This document shows, in pieces, positions 35,850 through 45,269 of a DNA stretch of 64,000 bases. Both the position numbers and the translations under genes were made by a program. The notes below the pieces were generated by a model. The model had not been told where the DNA came from and made no database searches. It saw only the letters and a program-made list of their open reading frames with translations. The stretch is taken from assembly GCA_037142615.1 (NCBI GenBank), contig JBAXAI010000002.1, positions 168,436 through 232,435 on the forward strand. Direction: 5' to 3'. Position 1 is the stretch's first letter, and the number at the start of each line of letters is the position of its first letter. The DNA comes from Spirochaetales bacterium. GTDB lineage: Bacteria; Spirochaetota; Spirochaetia; JABEVK01.

Positions 35850-36650
35850 ATGTCAGAGTTCTCCGGTCTCGTCGACAGCCATTTCCACAGCCTCTCGATG
35901 CGCACCAAAGGGTTGGATCCGCACGAGTGCCTGGAACGATTTTTCAGCCAAGGGGGGCGTTGGGCCCTTGATGTCGCCGTGGGTATCGCGGGTTGGCAAC
36001 TGAGGCAGGAGCTTGCTCTGGCTTTCAAAGGGGTTTACCTGACTGCGGGATTCCATCCGTCGGAGGCTCCTGGGGTCTCAGAGGGCGACTGGGAGACGTT
36101 GCAGGGGCAACTGGCTAACCCTAAAACTCTGGCCCTAGGTGAGGTGGGTCTGGATTGGTACCGCGGAAGGGACTCGGCTGGCGTGCAACGCGAGGTGTTT
36201 CGGCGGCAGGTGGGCCTCGCGCTCAAGGCCAACCTACCGCTGGTGATCCACAACCGAGAGGCGGACACGGAACTGATTCAGGACTTGGATGCCGAGCGCT
36301 GGTCTGGAAAAGGCATTCTGCATTGTTTTTCTTCGGACCTGTCGATGGCGCGGCGCGGCCTCGACCGTGGCTTTTTGCTGAGCTTTGCCGGGAACGTTAC
36401 TTACCCTTCGGCCGCCGCGCTCCGGGAAGTCGCCCGTTGGGTACCATCGGACCAGATTCTTGTCGAAACTGACTCGCCCTACTTGAGCCCTCAGGGCTTT
36501 CGTTCCCAGCCCAACGAACCCCTGCTAGCCGGACACACGGCTGCGTTCATAGCCGAGTTGCGTGGCGTGAACCTGGCTGACTTTCTGGAACAAACCGGCC
36601 GCAACTTCGCCCGCTTGCTGGGACCCAAACTCACTGATCCAGAACTATAA
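35850..36650 (+). CDS. tatD: TatD family hydrolase
   Basis: DSHFH, G.HP, GEVGLD, IHNR, HCFS, ETDSPYL.P. Confidence 0.93.
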   Translation: MSEFSGLVDSHFHSLSMRTKGLDPHECLERFFSQGGRWALDVAVGIAGWQLRQELALAFKGVYLTAGFHPSEAPGVSEGDWETLQGQLANPKTLALGEVGLDWYRGRDSAGVQREVFRRQVGLALKANLPLVIHNREADTELIQDLDAERWSGKGILHCFSSDLSMARRGLDRGFLLSFAGNVTYPSAAALREVARWVPSDQILVETDSPYLSPQGFRSQPNEPLLAGHTAAFIAELRGVNLADFLEQTGRNFARLLGPKLTDPEL

Positions 36651-37803
36651 TCTCAACGCGGCGGTTTTGAGCTCTGCCTGCCTCGGTATCGTTCCCAGCT
36701 AGCGGTTCGGTACCACCACGTCCCTCGTACAGCAATTTTCGGGCTTCGATGCCCTCGGTCTTCAAGCGTTCGACAATGCTTTGCGCCCGGTCCCAAGAAA
36801 GGCTCACTTGGGTATCGACGGTCCCCACGGCGGCCGTATGGCCCACCACGAGGAACGAGCGGTCTGGTACGGATTTGAGCAGCTCGGCGATGGCCTTGAG
36901 TCGCTGATCTTCGCCCGGCAGAAGCTCCGCCTTATCGGCCACGAATCTGAGGTTCTCGAGCGTGAGCTTCACTCCCTGCTTGTCCGGCGTCACCTTGACC
37001 CCCGTGACCTGGGCTCCCTGGAGCTTCTCCGACAGCGTCTGGGCCACAGCCTCAGTCTGCAGAGCCGGGACCCCGTCGAACGTGGTCCAGATACGACCTT
37101 CATTCGAGGTAGTCTTGCCCCGAGAAACGAACTGTTCCTTGATCAGCTCGCTGACGTACAGCGGCTTTCTGGTCTCCAAGTCATAGCTGATGGTGGCAAC
37201 GTGACTGCCCTCGGCCCTTTCGAGCAGGGGGTCACCCTCCGGATCCAGTCCCTTGCGGTAGCGCACGGCGTATTGCGCCTTCACCTGGACCACCGGTACG
37301 CCGAAATAGTCGCCCGCTTTGTCCCACTTATACTCGATCAGAATGGGAATACGGGTGCTTACGCCGCTTCCCAGGAAGTCCGAAACCAGCTCCCCATTCC
37401 CAACCCAGACGCTGCCGGGTCCAGCTCCCGGGGGCGGCGCGGCTGGATAGTTCCGGTAGTAAGGCACCCCAGCCCCCTGAAAATGGCTGGCGCTGCCGTC
37501 CGCCGCCAAGACAAAAGTCGCTGCCCGTTCAGAATCAATAGGTTTCTCAAAAGCTGAAAGATCGCGTGCCGACTGCGCAACAATCCAATAGTGCGCATCG
37601 ACGTTTTGGGTGCCAGCCGAGTCACCAGCCCTGAGCTTCCACACGCCACTCTGGTAGCCGTAAACGGCCCCCTGGTACTTCGAATCGACATACTTGCGCC
37701 AGTAGAAGTTATGCTGAATCCGCACTGTTTCGTCGCTCCAGGCCAGCGAAACGGCAACAAACGTAAGCAACAAGACGCTCAGAGTTCTTGCCACACGGCT
37801 CAC
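36631..37803 (-). CDS. OmpA-family protein (C-terminal peptidoglycan-binding domain)
   Basis: Signal peptide; F..D.A.L, VVGHT, LS..RA, G.G...P...N....GRA.NRRVEI. Confidence 0.88.
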   Translation of the reverse strand: MSRVARTLSVLLLTFVAVSLAWSDETVRIQHNFYWRKYVDSKYQGAVYGYQSGVWKLRAGDSAGTQNVDAHYWIVAQSARDLSAFEKPIDSERAATFVLAADGSASHFQGAGVPYYRNYPAAPPPGAGPGSVWVGNGELVSDFLGSGVSTRIPILIEYKWDKAGDYFGVPVVQVKAQYAVRYRKGLDPEGDPLLERAEGSHVATISYDLETRKPLYVSELIKEQFVSRGKTTSNEGRIWTTFDGVPALQTEAVAQTLSEKLQGAQVTGVKVTPDKQGVKLTLENLRFVADKAELLPGEDQRLKAIAELLKSVPDRSFLVVGHTAAVGTVDTQVSLSWDRAQSIVERLKTEGIEARKLLYEGRGGTEPLAGNDTEAGRAQNRRVEIIVLDQ

Positions 37804-38987
37804 GAGCCAAAACTCCTCGGGTTCGAAGGCACACGAAAGGAAATCGTCGTGCCCTTGTGTAGAACCGAGTGCACTTCGATGGTACCCTGGTGGGCTTCTA
37901 CGACGTTGGCCACTACCACCATCCCCAAACCGGTTCCTCCCGAACTCGACGCCGAAAAGAACGGCTCAAAAAGGTTCTTTTGGACCTCTTCCGGCATTCC
38001 TTCCCCCGTGTCGGCTACCGAAATCCTCACGTAGTCACCCTCTTCTGCCGCCGTCAGTGAAAGTTCACCGCCATGCCTCATGGCCTTGCGTGCATTGTCG
38101 ATGAGGTTGGCAAAAACGCGCAAGATACGATCGTAATCGAGGAGCAACTGCCCGTGAAAACTGTTGGAAATAGCCAGGTTGATACTGCGTGCCCGAAAAC
38201 TGACTTGATACTGCTCCTGCAATCGTTGGAAGATCTCCTCAAGCGAAACCGGGCTGAGGTTGAGGCGGATATTTCCACGGGAGTAGTCAAGCAGTTCCCC
38301 AACCATGCGGTTGAGCCGATCGATTTCACCGAGCAGCTTGCCGACCATCGACGCTGTTTTTTCTGGCGACTGTGATCCGAGCGAAAGGATTTCAGAGTAC
38401 CCCTTGACGATGCTGATCGGGTTGCGCAGGTCGTGGATGATCATCGAGGCGAACTTACCGAGTGTCGAAAGCCGCTCGTTCCGGATCAGGTCATCTTGGG
38501 CCTTCTTGAGGTCCTCGTAGGCACGCTCCAGCATCAGATTCTTTTGCCTGAGGCCATACTGAAACGCCTCGTTGCTCACCCGAACCATCTTTGAGACGGT
38601 TTTCATGATCAGAAGGGCGATCGGAGGGTTTTCTTCGATGATCTGGCGGAAGCGGGGCTTTTCGAGTGAGAGCAGCAGGGCTGACGAAGCGGTGCGCGCG
38701 GTGGCGCTGCGGGGGAGTTCATCAATCAGTGACATCTCTCCGAAACTCGCTCCAGGACCACGGATGGCGAGAATATCGGCGAAGGTACTACCATAGTCCT
38801 TCCAGATTTCAACCTGTCCTTCCAGCAACACATAAAAGCGATCGGGCTGATCGCCTTCGCGGAAGATTATGGTCCCCGAGTCGAGTCGTTCTTCGCGGCA
38901 CTCCAAGAGGAACTTGCCCAGGTCGTCGGCCGGTAGTTCCCGAAAGAGTTCCAGCAGCTGGAAATGGCGTTCAACTTCCGCGTTCAT
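37800..38987 (-). CDS. Cytoplasmic cNMP-binding sensor histidine kinase
   Basis: cNMP domain (FGEMSLI...PRSATA), H-box HDLRNP, N-box NL.DNA, G1 DTGEG, G2 GTGLG. Confidence 0.9.
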   Translation of the reverse strand: MNAEVERHFQLLELFRELPADDLGKFLLECREERLDSGTIIFREGDQPDRFYVLLEGQVEIWKDYGSTFADILAIRGPGASFGEMSLIDELPRSATARTASSALLLSLEKPRFRQIIEENPPIALLIMKTVSKMVRVSNEAFQYGLRQKNLMLERAYEDLKKAQDDLIRNERLSTLGKFASMIIHDLRNPISIVKGYSEILSLGSQSPEKTASMVGKLLGEIDRLNRMVGELLDYSRGNIRLNLSPVSLEEIFQRLQEQYQVSFRARSINLAISNSFHGQLLLDYDRILRVFANLIDNARKAMRHGGELSLTAAEEGDYVRISVADTGEGMPEEVQKNLFEPFFSASSSGGTGLGMVVVANVVEAHQGTIEVHSVLHKGTTISFRVPSNPRSFGS

Positions 38988-39001
38988 GGGCCCCTCCGTA
39001 T

Positions 39002-39049
39002 AAAAAAAGAGGCAGCGCCTGCACCCTCACGGTGCGTGCCCTGCCTCTA
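39002..39049 (-). terminator. Intrinsic terminator of the flaA operon
   Basis: AGAGGCAG...CTGCCTCT stem followed by a T7 tract on the minus strand. Confidence 0.65.
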
Positions 39050-39079
39050 TCCTGTTTCACGCGAGAGGCGCTCGAAACT

Positions 39080-39832
39080 CTACCAGGCGTCGGCCATGTC
39101 GTCGGCATCCCGATTGTTCTCCGAGAACAAGTCGGTGACGGCACGGAGGTCATCCAAATAGATGTAGTAGCTACCGTAAGTCTCAGCCGGGTCTGTCTCG
39201 ATCAGGAAGGACTTGACCATGATACCCTGTTTGTTGTTATAGCGAGGGTCTGCTTGACGGATGTTCGGCGGAATCGCCGCAGTCAGTTTCTTCCAACCCG
39301 TGAAAGCCAAGTCACCCAGCGGAATTTTGGCATGGTTTCCAAACTGGTCATCGACCATCACGTAGAGCTCGTGCTTGACGTTTCGGCCGACCACCCACAC
39401 GGAAATCGTCTTCGTGATCCCCGGGATAGGAAGGGGACGGATGGGCGTAATCTCAAATTGAGTTTGGCTGCGGTGCAGGTGCTGGATCTTCACGCCGAGC
39501 ACATACTTGTCGCTTTCGGCAATCGAAGCAGCCGTTTCACCGGGGATAGGCTTCTTGTCGGCAGGAGAGCCCTCAAAGCGGCGAAGGCTGATGAATCCGT
39601 CGTCACGGGGCATTGCACCGGCCCAAAAGCCGTCGTCTTCGAACTTGGAGACCGAAATCTCCTTGAGCTCTTGCTGGGCCTTGTCGACGCCAATCAGGTT
39701 AGCTTCCGGTGCACCTACCTCAGGCGTCGCCGTAGTACCTTGTACCGTCGCTGCCGGGGTAGCGGCGTTCTGTGCAAAGCCGAAAGCCGAGATGAGAAGA
39801 AGGGCTGAAATCAGCAGACTGGTTCTTTTCAT
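39080..39832 (-). CDS. flaA: Flagellar filament sheath protein FlaA
   Basis: Signal peptide; VLGVK, P.PIPG..K.ISVWV.GRN, G.L.F.GWK.L, Y.DDL...TD. Confidence 0.88.
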   Translation of the reverse strand: MKRTSLLISALLLISAFGFAQNAATPAATVQGTTATPEVGAPEANLIGVDKAQQELKEISVSKFEDDGFWAGAMPRDDGFISLRRFEGSPADKKPIPGETAASIAESDKYVLGVKIQHLHRSQTQFEITPIRPLPIPGITKTISVWVVGRNVKHELYVMVDDQFGNHAKIPLGDLAFTGWKKLTAAIPPNIRQADPRYNNKQGIMVKSFLIETDPAETYGSYYIYLDDLRAVTDLFSENNRDADDMADAW

Positions 39833-39835
39833 GAT

Positions 39836-40624
39836 TTACTTTCCTTGGGTCTGGTTCGTGGACCAGTACTTGTCGATGAAACTGCTGTCCTGCATCGGCT
39901 TGCCGTCAAACGGATTCTGATGCATGTCGGTCAGAACCTTGAGGTGGTCAATGTAGGTGAAGAACACGTCGACGCGCTCGGTCGGTTCGGTACGAACCAC
40001 AAACTTCGTCAACTTGAGGCCCTGATAGTGGGGCAGGTAGACCTGAGTCTGGGGAATCGACGATGGGATCTCGACGCGAATGTTTTTCCAGCCCGCAAAG
40101 TTCAGGCTGCCAGCGTCCAAGACGAAGGGAATGCCCCGGTAGTCACGCACATGGATCTCGAGTGAAGTACGGAAGTTTGAGCCCCATACCCACAGATCGA
40201 TGGTCTTCGCGATTCCCGGAAGCGGCATGCCGTAGGGAGCCAAGTTGCCCGAGGCGTCTTTCTTGACCGGATAGATTTCGTAGTAGTTGAAACCCTTGCG
40301 GTCGTACTTGGCTTGAACACCAAGGGACTTCAGCGGAAGCTTATTCGGGTTTGTGCCGAAAAGCGCGTCGGGCCAAGACTCGACGTACGCCAGGCGGGGA
40401 TACTGGACGCTACCTTCCTTGGTAGCGAACTTACTACCCACCACGACCCATTGTCGGTCTTCTTTCTGTTCGATTTGTCCTTCGTTCCAGACTCTCTGGT
40501 TGGCGTCATCAAATGTGTCAACAACGATGGATTCCAATTGTTGGGCCACGTCGTCGGCGAAGGTCGGCGCGGCATTGAGGGCCACGAGCAGCGTCAGACT
40601 AAAAAACAGTCTGCCTCGTTTCAT
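39836..40624 (-). CDS. flaA: Flagellar filament sheath protein FlaA (paralog)
   Basis: Signal peptide; LGV...DRKG.N, LPG..K.IDLWVWG.N, GSLNF.GWK, Y.D.LKVLTD. Confidence 0.88.
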   Translation of the reverse strand: MKRGRLFFSLTLLVALNAAPTFADDVAQQLESIVVDTFDDANQRVWNEGQIEQKEDRQWVVVGSKFATKEGSVQYPRLAYVESWPDALFGTNPNKLPLKSLGVQAKYDRKGFNYYEIYPVKKDASGNLAPYGMPLPGIAKTIDLWVWGSNFRTSLEIHVRDYRGIPFVLDAGSLNFAGWKNIRVEIPSSIPQTQVYLPHYQGLKLTKFVVRTEPTERVDVFFTYIDHLKVLTDMHQNPFDGKPMQDSSFIDKYWSTNQTQGK

Positions 40625-40668
40625 GATCTACTCCTTCGGGCGGGTTCATATATTTTAGGGCAACTCGA

Positions 40669-40697
40669 ATTATATGGAGGGCCGGACCCTTTGTCAA
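40669..40697 (-). promoter_or_regulatory. Consensus sigma70 promoter of flaA-flaA
   Basis: Perfect TTGACA-N17-TATAAT. Confidence 0.85.
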
Positions 40698-40724
40698 ACC
40701 TATTAACGGCAAGTTGATGCTGAT

Positions 40725-41498
40725 TCAGGAGCTCAATGCAACAGTTCTAGGCACGGCTTGCACCGGCAAGTCGACGATCTTTTCCGGGCCGGCGGCCAGC
40801 ACATTGTCGATGGCTTTGCCTGCGGCAGACGCGTCGATCCTCAGTCCCCAGCCGGCGTGCGTCCGTGCCTCGGCCACGGTGATACCGAGTCCCGTATGAA
40901 CTCGCAGTTGCGGCGACCCGGAGAGACTGGGAATACCGGACGACCCATCGAGAACAAAAAGGTCGCTGACATCCGCCGGAACCGGGGCCCCCGCCGCCAG
41001 CAGAGCGAGCGAGCCTCCGCCCGTGACACTCCTCCAGGCGTCGCGCAGGGTCGTGATTTCCTCGACGCCCGCGGTGGAAGGCACCAGCGCCACGGCATTG
41101 GTTTTGTGTTGCCCTTGGGCGGCGGCTCGGACCAGAACTTCCCAGTTGGCCCGGCGGTTGACCCGCAAGAGTGATGACTCGGTCGAAGAATGGCCCTGGG
41201 GGACAAAGCGGGCCACGCGAAGCGAGGGGTACTTGACCTTCCATTGTTTGACCACGACCTCGGGGACATTGAGCCCCAAGAGGACAGCGGAAGGCGGCGG
41301 TTGTCGACTGGCCAGATCCTTGGAAACAGCCGTCAGGTCGCCGGAAGCGACCTCAACGCGAGCCTGGGCAACGGGCCACGTCCGGCTGTCCCAGGCCTGC
41401 AGAATCTCGGGCGCCGCGAGCCGAAGGACCGCATCGTGATAGAACACGGGGGTGGAACAAGAGGTCAGCACAAGCAGAAAAACACAAGCCCGGAGCAT
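40725..41498 (-). CDS. Hypothetical lipoprotein
   Basis: Lipobox LTSC; upstream TTGACC-N17-TAGACT-N6-ATG. Confidence 0.6.
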   Translation of the reverse strand: MLRACVFLLVLTSCSTPVFYHDAVLRLAAPEILQAWDSRTWPVAQARVEVASGDLTAVSKDLASRQPPPSAVLLGLNVPEVVVKQWKVKYPSLRVARFVPQGHSSTESSLLRVNRRANWEVLVRAAAQGQHKTNAVALVPSTAGVEEITTLRDAWRSVTGGGSLALLAAGAPVPADVSDLFVLDGSSGIPSLSGSPQLRVHTGLGITVAEARTHAGWGLRIDASAAGKAIDNVLAAGPEKIVDLPVQAVPRTVALSS

Positions 41499-41603
41499 AG
41501 CCGCAGTCTATTCAGTGGTTCCTTCGCGGTCAAGCGCAGGGAATTCTTGCACTTCCCTCCATTTTCTCCTATTCTAGAAGCAACCATCCGGAGGTTTATT
41601 CCT

Positions 41604-42518
41604 ATGAAGATTATTCGAGCGTCTGCCCTCAGTGCCGCGGGCCTGCTGTTCATCGTGTCCTGTGCCAGCCCGCCGCCGCCGCCAGTGGCACCCAAACCTG
41701 AACCCACTCCGGTTGCAATTCCTGAGCCGGCCCCGGTTCCCGCTCCGGAGCCCTTGGCCCCGGTCGCTCCTGCCTTCAAGGACGTGGTGACGAGCGAGCC
41801 CTTGCCGGTGTCGCTCAAGACCTATTACCCGAACGGAGACTCCTCGAGTTCGGTCACCACCACGTACAACGCCAAGGGCCAGTTGCTCACTCAGGAAACG
41901 ACAAACCCGAACGGTGTTTTGGTCGAGACCCGCACGGGCAAGGCCAAAGGCGACCTGTGGCGCATAACGATAACCAATGCCCAGACCGGCGAGGTTCTCG
42001 CGTTTGAAGATCGCTTGTACTCTGACGAAGGTGACCTGCTAAGCCAGACTTTCATGAACGCGAAGGAAGTCCAGCAGTCAGCCAACGAGTATGTTTGGAA
42101 AGAAGGCAAGAAGACCCAATGGACAGCCAAGCTCGGCGCCAACGGCAACACCCAGGCCAAGACCCTGTATCTCTATGACGCCAATGGAAATAATTCCCGC
42201 GTCGAGGTCTACGATGCCGGCAACAAACTCGTTACGGTCTATGAAAACACCTACAATGCGGCGGGCCAGATCCAGGTCCGTAAAGGTCTCGACAACAGCG
42301 GCGTGCTGGTCGAACAGACCAACTTCAGCTGGAAGGGAAACCAGAAGGTGAAGGAAGAAACGATCAAGCCGTTGCTGCGCACCTTGGATTACACCTACAG
42401 CGATGATACGACGGCCCCCACCGGAATCGCGTCGTCGGTGCGTGGACGCCTCGCCGAAAAGCAAGTCCTTATCTACACGTGGATCAAGTACACCCACCGG
42501 GTGCCCAACAAGGAATGA
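41604..42518 (+). CDS. Lipoprotein with a Pro-rich linker and YD/RHS-like repeats
   Basis: Lipobox IVSC, PPPPP/PEP linker, repeated Y(N/D)A.G.....E motifs. Confidence 0.7.
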   Translation: MKIIRASALSAAGLLFIVSCASPPPPPVAPKPEPTPVAIPEPAPVPAPEPLAPVAPAFKDVVTSEPLPVSLKTYYPNGDSSSSVTTTYNAKGQLLTQETTNPNGVLVETRTGKAKGDLWRITITNAQTGEVLAFEDRLYSDEGDLLSQTFMNAKEVQQSANEYVWKEGKKTQWTAKLGANGNTQAKTLYLYDANGNNSRVEVYDAGNKLVTVYENTYNAAGQIQVRKGLDNSGVLVEQTNFSWKGNQKVKEETIKPLLRTLDYTYSDDTTAPTGIASSVRGRLAEKQVLIYTWIKYTHRVPNKE

Positions 42519-42520
42519 CC

Positions 42521-43714
42521 ATGAACAAGACACTGTTTGCCGGCCTGTTGTTGCTCTTGGCTGGATTGCCCCTTCTTCAGGCCGACGAGAAGACGGCAGT
42601 TTGGCAGAGGATCTACCAGAATGCGCTCAACGACGAAATGCGCTACGAAGTGATGCTCAATATCCGGGAACTGCACGACCCGGCGTTCACGGACTTGCTC
42701 AACGTTGCCTTGACCGATCTAGTTTCGCGTCGTATCGAGCTGGGCGCAACCAATGAAGTCGATGCCAAGGTCAGACTCGCGACCCAGATCATCCAGGAAC
42801 TCGGTGATTTGAAGGACGCCACCGGCGCCGATCAGGTGTACCAAGTGTACAAAGAGATAAAAACCTACCCGCTGCTGAGGTCGGAAGCGGCCATGACTTT
42901 GGGTAAGGCCCGTGCCGTTGACTATGTCCCCCAACTGTCCAAGGCGCTTGAAAACCTGAACTTCTTCCCGGAACGGGACGGCGCGATCGCTCAGGAGATT
43001 GTTGCCTATGGTTTGGTGCAGTCGCTGGCCATGATGAAGGATCTCCGGGGTTTCGAGCCGACCTTCTTTGCTTCGATAGGTTGGTACAGCCCGGCCCGAA
43101 AGGTAAAGGAGACCGCCAAGACCATGATGACGGTCATGGTGGAAGATCCGAGCGAACCGCTGATGAACATCGTCAAGACGCAGAGCAACAACGTGTTCAA
43201 GCTGCGGGCTTTGGAAGCCGAAGACGACAGCAAGGCGTCGCCTGCCCAAAAAGCGAAGGTGGCGGAAGCCGCCTTGGAAGAAGGCGTGCGCCTGATTCCC
43301 AACACCATCCTCGATAGCACCCAGCTCTCGGAACTGCGCAAGAAGGCCCTCGACATGCTCATCGCCACACGAGACAAGACCCCCGAATACGTGGCGACCT
43401 ACAAGCAAGCCTACCAGACTTCGGTGCTGGCAAAAGAAACCAACGAAACTTTGCGGGTCTTGCAGACCATGGGTGTCAATGGCACACCGGAAGCTGTTGA
43501 CGCGCTCATCGAGAAGATGGATTTCTTCAATGACCGGGCCAATGCACCCGGTCTCATGACGGATTTTGACGTCCAGCAGGTTCGGACGATTCTCCAGGCG
43601 TTCAAAGCAGCCAACAGTGCCGCCGCCAGAAACACCCTGACCGTGGGTAGCTTCCTCTACACGCCCGCGGTTCAGCGTGACATCAAGGCTGTTCTGGCGG
43701 GACTTCCGAAGTAG
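42521..43714 (+). CDS. Exported HEAT-repeat / alpha-solenoid protein
   Basis: Signal peptide, all-helical, LR.EAA..LG and I..LG...D HEAT-like motifs. Confidence 0.7.
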   Translation: MNKTLFAGLLLLLAGLPLLQADEKTAVWQRIYQNALNDEMRYEVMLNIRELHDPAFTDLLNVALTDLVSRRIELGATNEVDAKVRLATQIIQELGDLKDATGADQVYQVYKEIKTYPLLRSEAAMTLGKARAVDYVPQLSKALENLNFFPERDGAIAQEIVAYGLVQSLAMMKDLRGFEPTFFASIGWYSPARKVKETAKTMMTVMVEDPSEPLMNIVKTQSNNVFKLRALEAEDDSKASPAQKAKVAEAALEEGVRLIPNTILDSTQLSELRKKALDMLIATRDKTPEYVATYKQAYQTSVLAKETNETLRVLQTMGVNGTPEAVDALIEKMDFFNDRANAPGLMTDFDVQQVRTILQAFKAANSAAARNTLTVGSFLYTPAVQRDIKAVLAGLPK

Positions 43715-44378
43715 TCGCAGCAATATTTCCAGAAAGACCGCCTCGCCAGGAGGCGGTCTTTTTTTGTGTCCAGATCCCGGCGGCGAGGAGCAAGACCGGA
43801 ATCAGAAACGCTGCGGGCCCCCAGCCTGCATACCAAAGCAACGAAAGCAGTGGTTGGAGGAGTATGAGCAAAGCCGCCAACGTGCCCCAAACCCAGCGCG
43901 ATCCCGTCGCAGGTGTCTCGAGCCACTTCTGTGAGGCCAGGGCCAAGCCCGCCAACTGCACGACTCTGGTCAGCGGCATTCCAAAGAGATCCCAAGCGTC
44001 GCTTTGGCGGTCAGTCGTCAGAAAATCGGTGAACCCGAGGTAGGTGAACAAGAGGGTCAGCGTCAGCCCGAGGGCAAACCCGGACTCCCTCGGACCGCTG
44101 GGCGCCTGCGGGGCCGTAAGGGGAATGAAATGCAAAGCCACGAGAATGCCGGGGGCGAGCAGGGCATTCACAAGGATCTGCCCCAGGGCTGTGAAAAGAA
44201 GATTGCCGCCAAACACGGTCAAAGGATACAAAAGCATAAAACCCACCAGGGCCGAAAGGCTCAGGACGAGCGAATACAACGCTGAGGAAAGTGTGCGATC
44301 CCAGTGAAAGTCCCGGTACCAAACTCGATGGATGAGAACAGCAGACGCGGGCACGGCGACGAGCAGAAAGAGGTTCAT
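43683..44378 (-). CDS. Hypothetical polytopic membrane protein
   Basis: About 7 hydrophobic segments; upstream TTGAAA-N17-CATTCT-N6-ATG. Confidence 0.65.
   Translation of the reverse strand: MNLFLLVAVPASAVLIHRVWYRDFHWDRTLSSALYSLVLSLSALVGFMLLYPLTVFGGNLLFTALGQILVNALLAPGILVALHFIPLTAPQAPSGPRESGFALGLTLTLLFTYLGFTDFLTTDRQSDAWDLFGMPLTRVVQLAGLALASQKWLETPATGSRWVWGTLAALLILLQPLLSLLWYAGWGPAAFLIPVLLLAAGIWTQKKTASWRGGLSGNIAATTSEVPPEQP
43733..43766. terminator. Bidirectional intrinsic terminator
   Basis: AAAGACCGCCTC-GCCAG-GAGGCGGTCTTTTTTT where convergent genes meet. Confidence 0.75.
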
Positions 44379-44505
44379 CCACCCAGAATGACAGGATTGT
44401 CCGGACGTTTCAAGGCATCCAAACCCGGCGAAAAGTGCCTAGACACAAGAGGGCGTTTGTGGTAGTTTCACAAACTGTACCACGGCTCACGCGAAATGGA
44501 GGGAT

Positions 44506-45021
44506 ATGTCGACTAAAGAATTTCGGGTCAATGAAAAAATCAGGGTCAAGGAAGTTCGCCTGATCGAAGGTGAAGGGGAGCAGCGCGTTGTATCCATCAT
44601 GGATGCTCTGCAAATGGCCCGTGAACAGAACCTGGACCTCGTGGAAGTTGCACCGAATTCCGTCCCCCCCGTCTGCAAAATCATGGACTTCGGTAAGTTC
44701 AAGTTTGAGCAGGAAAAGAAACTTCGGGATGCCAAAAAGAACCAGAAAGTGGTTCAGCTGAAAGAAGTGCGCATGCAGCCGAAGATCGAGAAGCATGACA
44801 TCGAGTTCAAGGTGAAGCATATCCTTGAGTTCCTTGGTGAAGGCGACAAGATCAAAGTCACGGTCCGTTTCCGGGGCCGCGAGATGGCTCACCCTGAGCT
44901 CGGGCGAAAGGTGCTCGACAAGGTACTGGAAATGCTGGAAGGGCAGTATGTCATGGAAAGCCTCCCGAAAATGGAGGGCAGGCTCATGTCGATGCTGATC
45001 AACCCCAAGGTAAAGAAATAG
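44506..45021 (+). CDS. infC: Translation initiation factor IF-3
   Basis: NE.IR..EVRLI, LDLVEV.P...[15 protein letters not shown]. Confidence 0.97.
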   Translation: MSTKEFRVNEKIRVKEVRLIEGEGEQRVVSIMDALQMAREQNLDLVEVAPNSVPPVCKIMDFGKFKFEQEKKLRDAKKNQKVVQLKEVRMQPKIEKHDIEFKVKHILEFLGEGDKIKVTVRFRGREMAHPELGRKVLDKVLEMLEGQYVMESLPKMEGRLMSMLINPKVKK

Positions 45022-45035
45022 GAGAGGTGGGAATT

Positions 45036-45233
45036 ATGCCCAAGATGAAGACGCGAAAGAGCGCCGCGAAGCGCTACAGCCTGACCTCGACCGGTAAGGT
45101 GAAGTTCAAGAAGCTCGGCCTTCGCCATATTCTGACGAAGAAAAGCCGGAACCGAAAGCGAAAGCTTGGTCAGCCCGGTATTCTCGCTGAGTCCGAAGCC
45201 CGCCGTGTGCGGACGATGTTGCCGTACGGCTAG
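45036..45233 (+). CDS. rpmI: 50S ribosomal protein L35
   Basis: [13 protein letters not shown]...TGK...RHILTKK. Confidence 0.97.
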   Translation: MPKMKTRKSAAKRYSLTSTGKVKFKKLGLRHILTKKSRNRKRKLGQPGILAESEARRVRTMLPYG

Positions 45234-45269
45234 TCTTTAGTCGATTACGGATCAAAGGAGAGAACGCAA

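Noticed and set aside
35600-35850. tRNA-Leu (and tRNA-Gln) as integration sites of an island
   Set aside because: No integrase, no duplicated tRNA 3' end noticed, and the flanking genes are housekeeping with unchanged composition.
30916-36650. PHP, TatD, HD and TPR genes as an anti-phage defence system
   Set aside because: Each looks like the ordinary housekeeping family member, and they are dispersed among core genes with no defence-island context.
41604-42518. RHS toxin / immunity pair
   Set aside because: Too short, with no PxxxxDPxG core or toxin domain. The downstream gene is a large exported protein.
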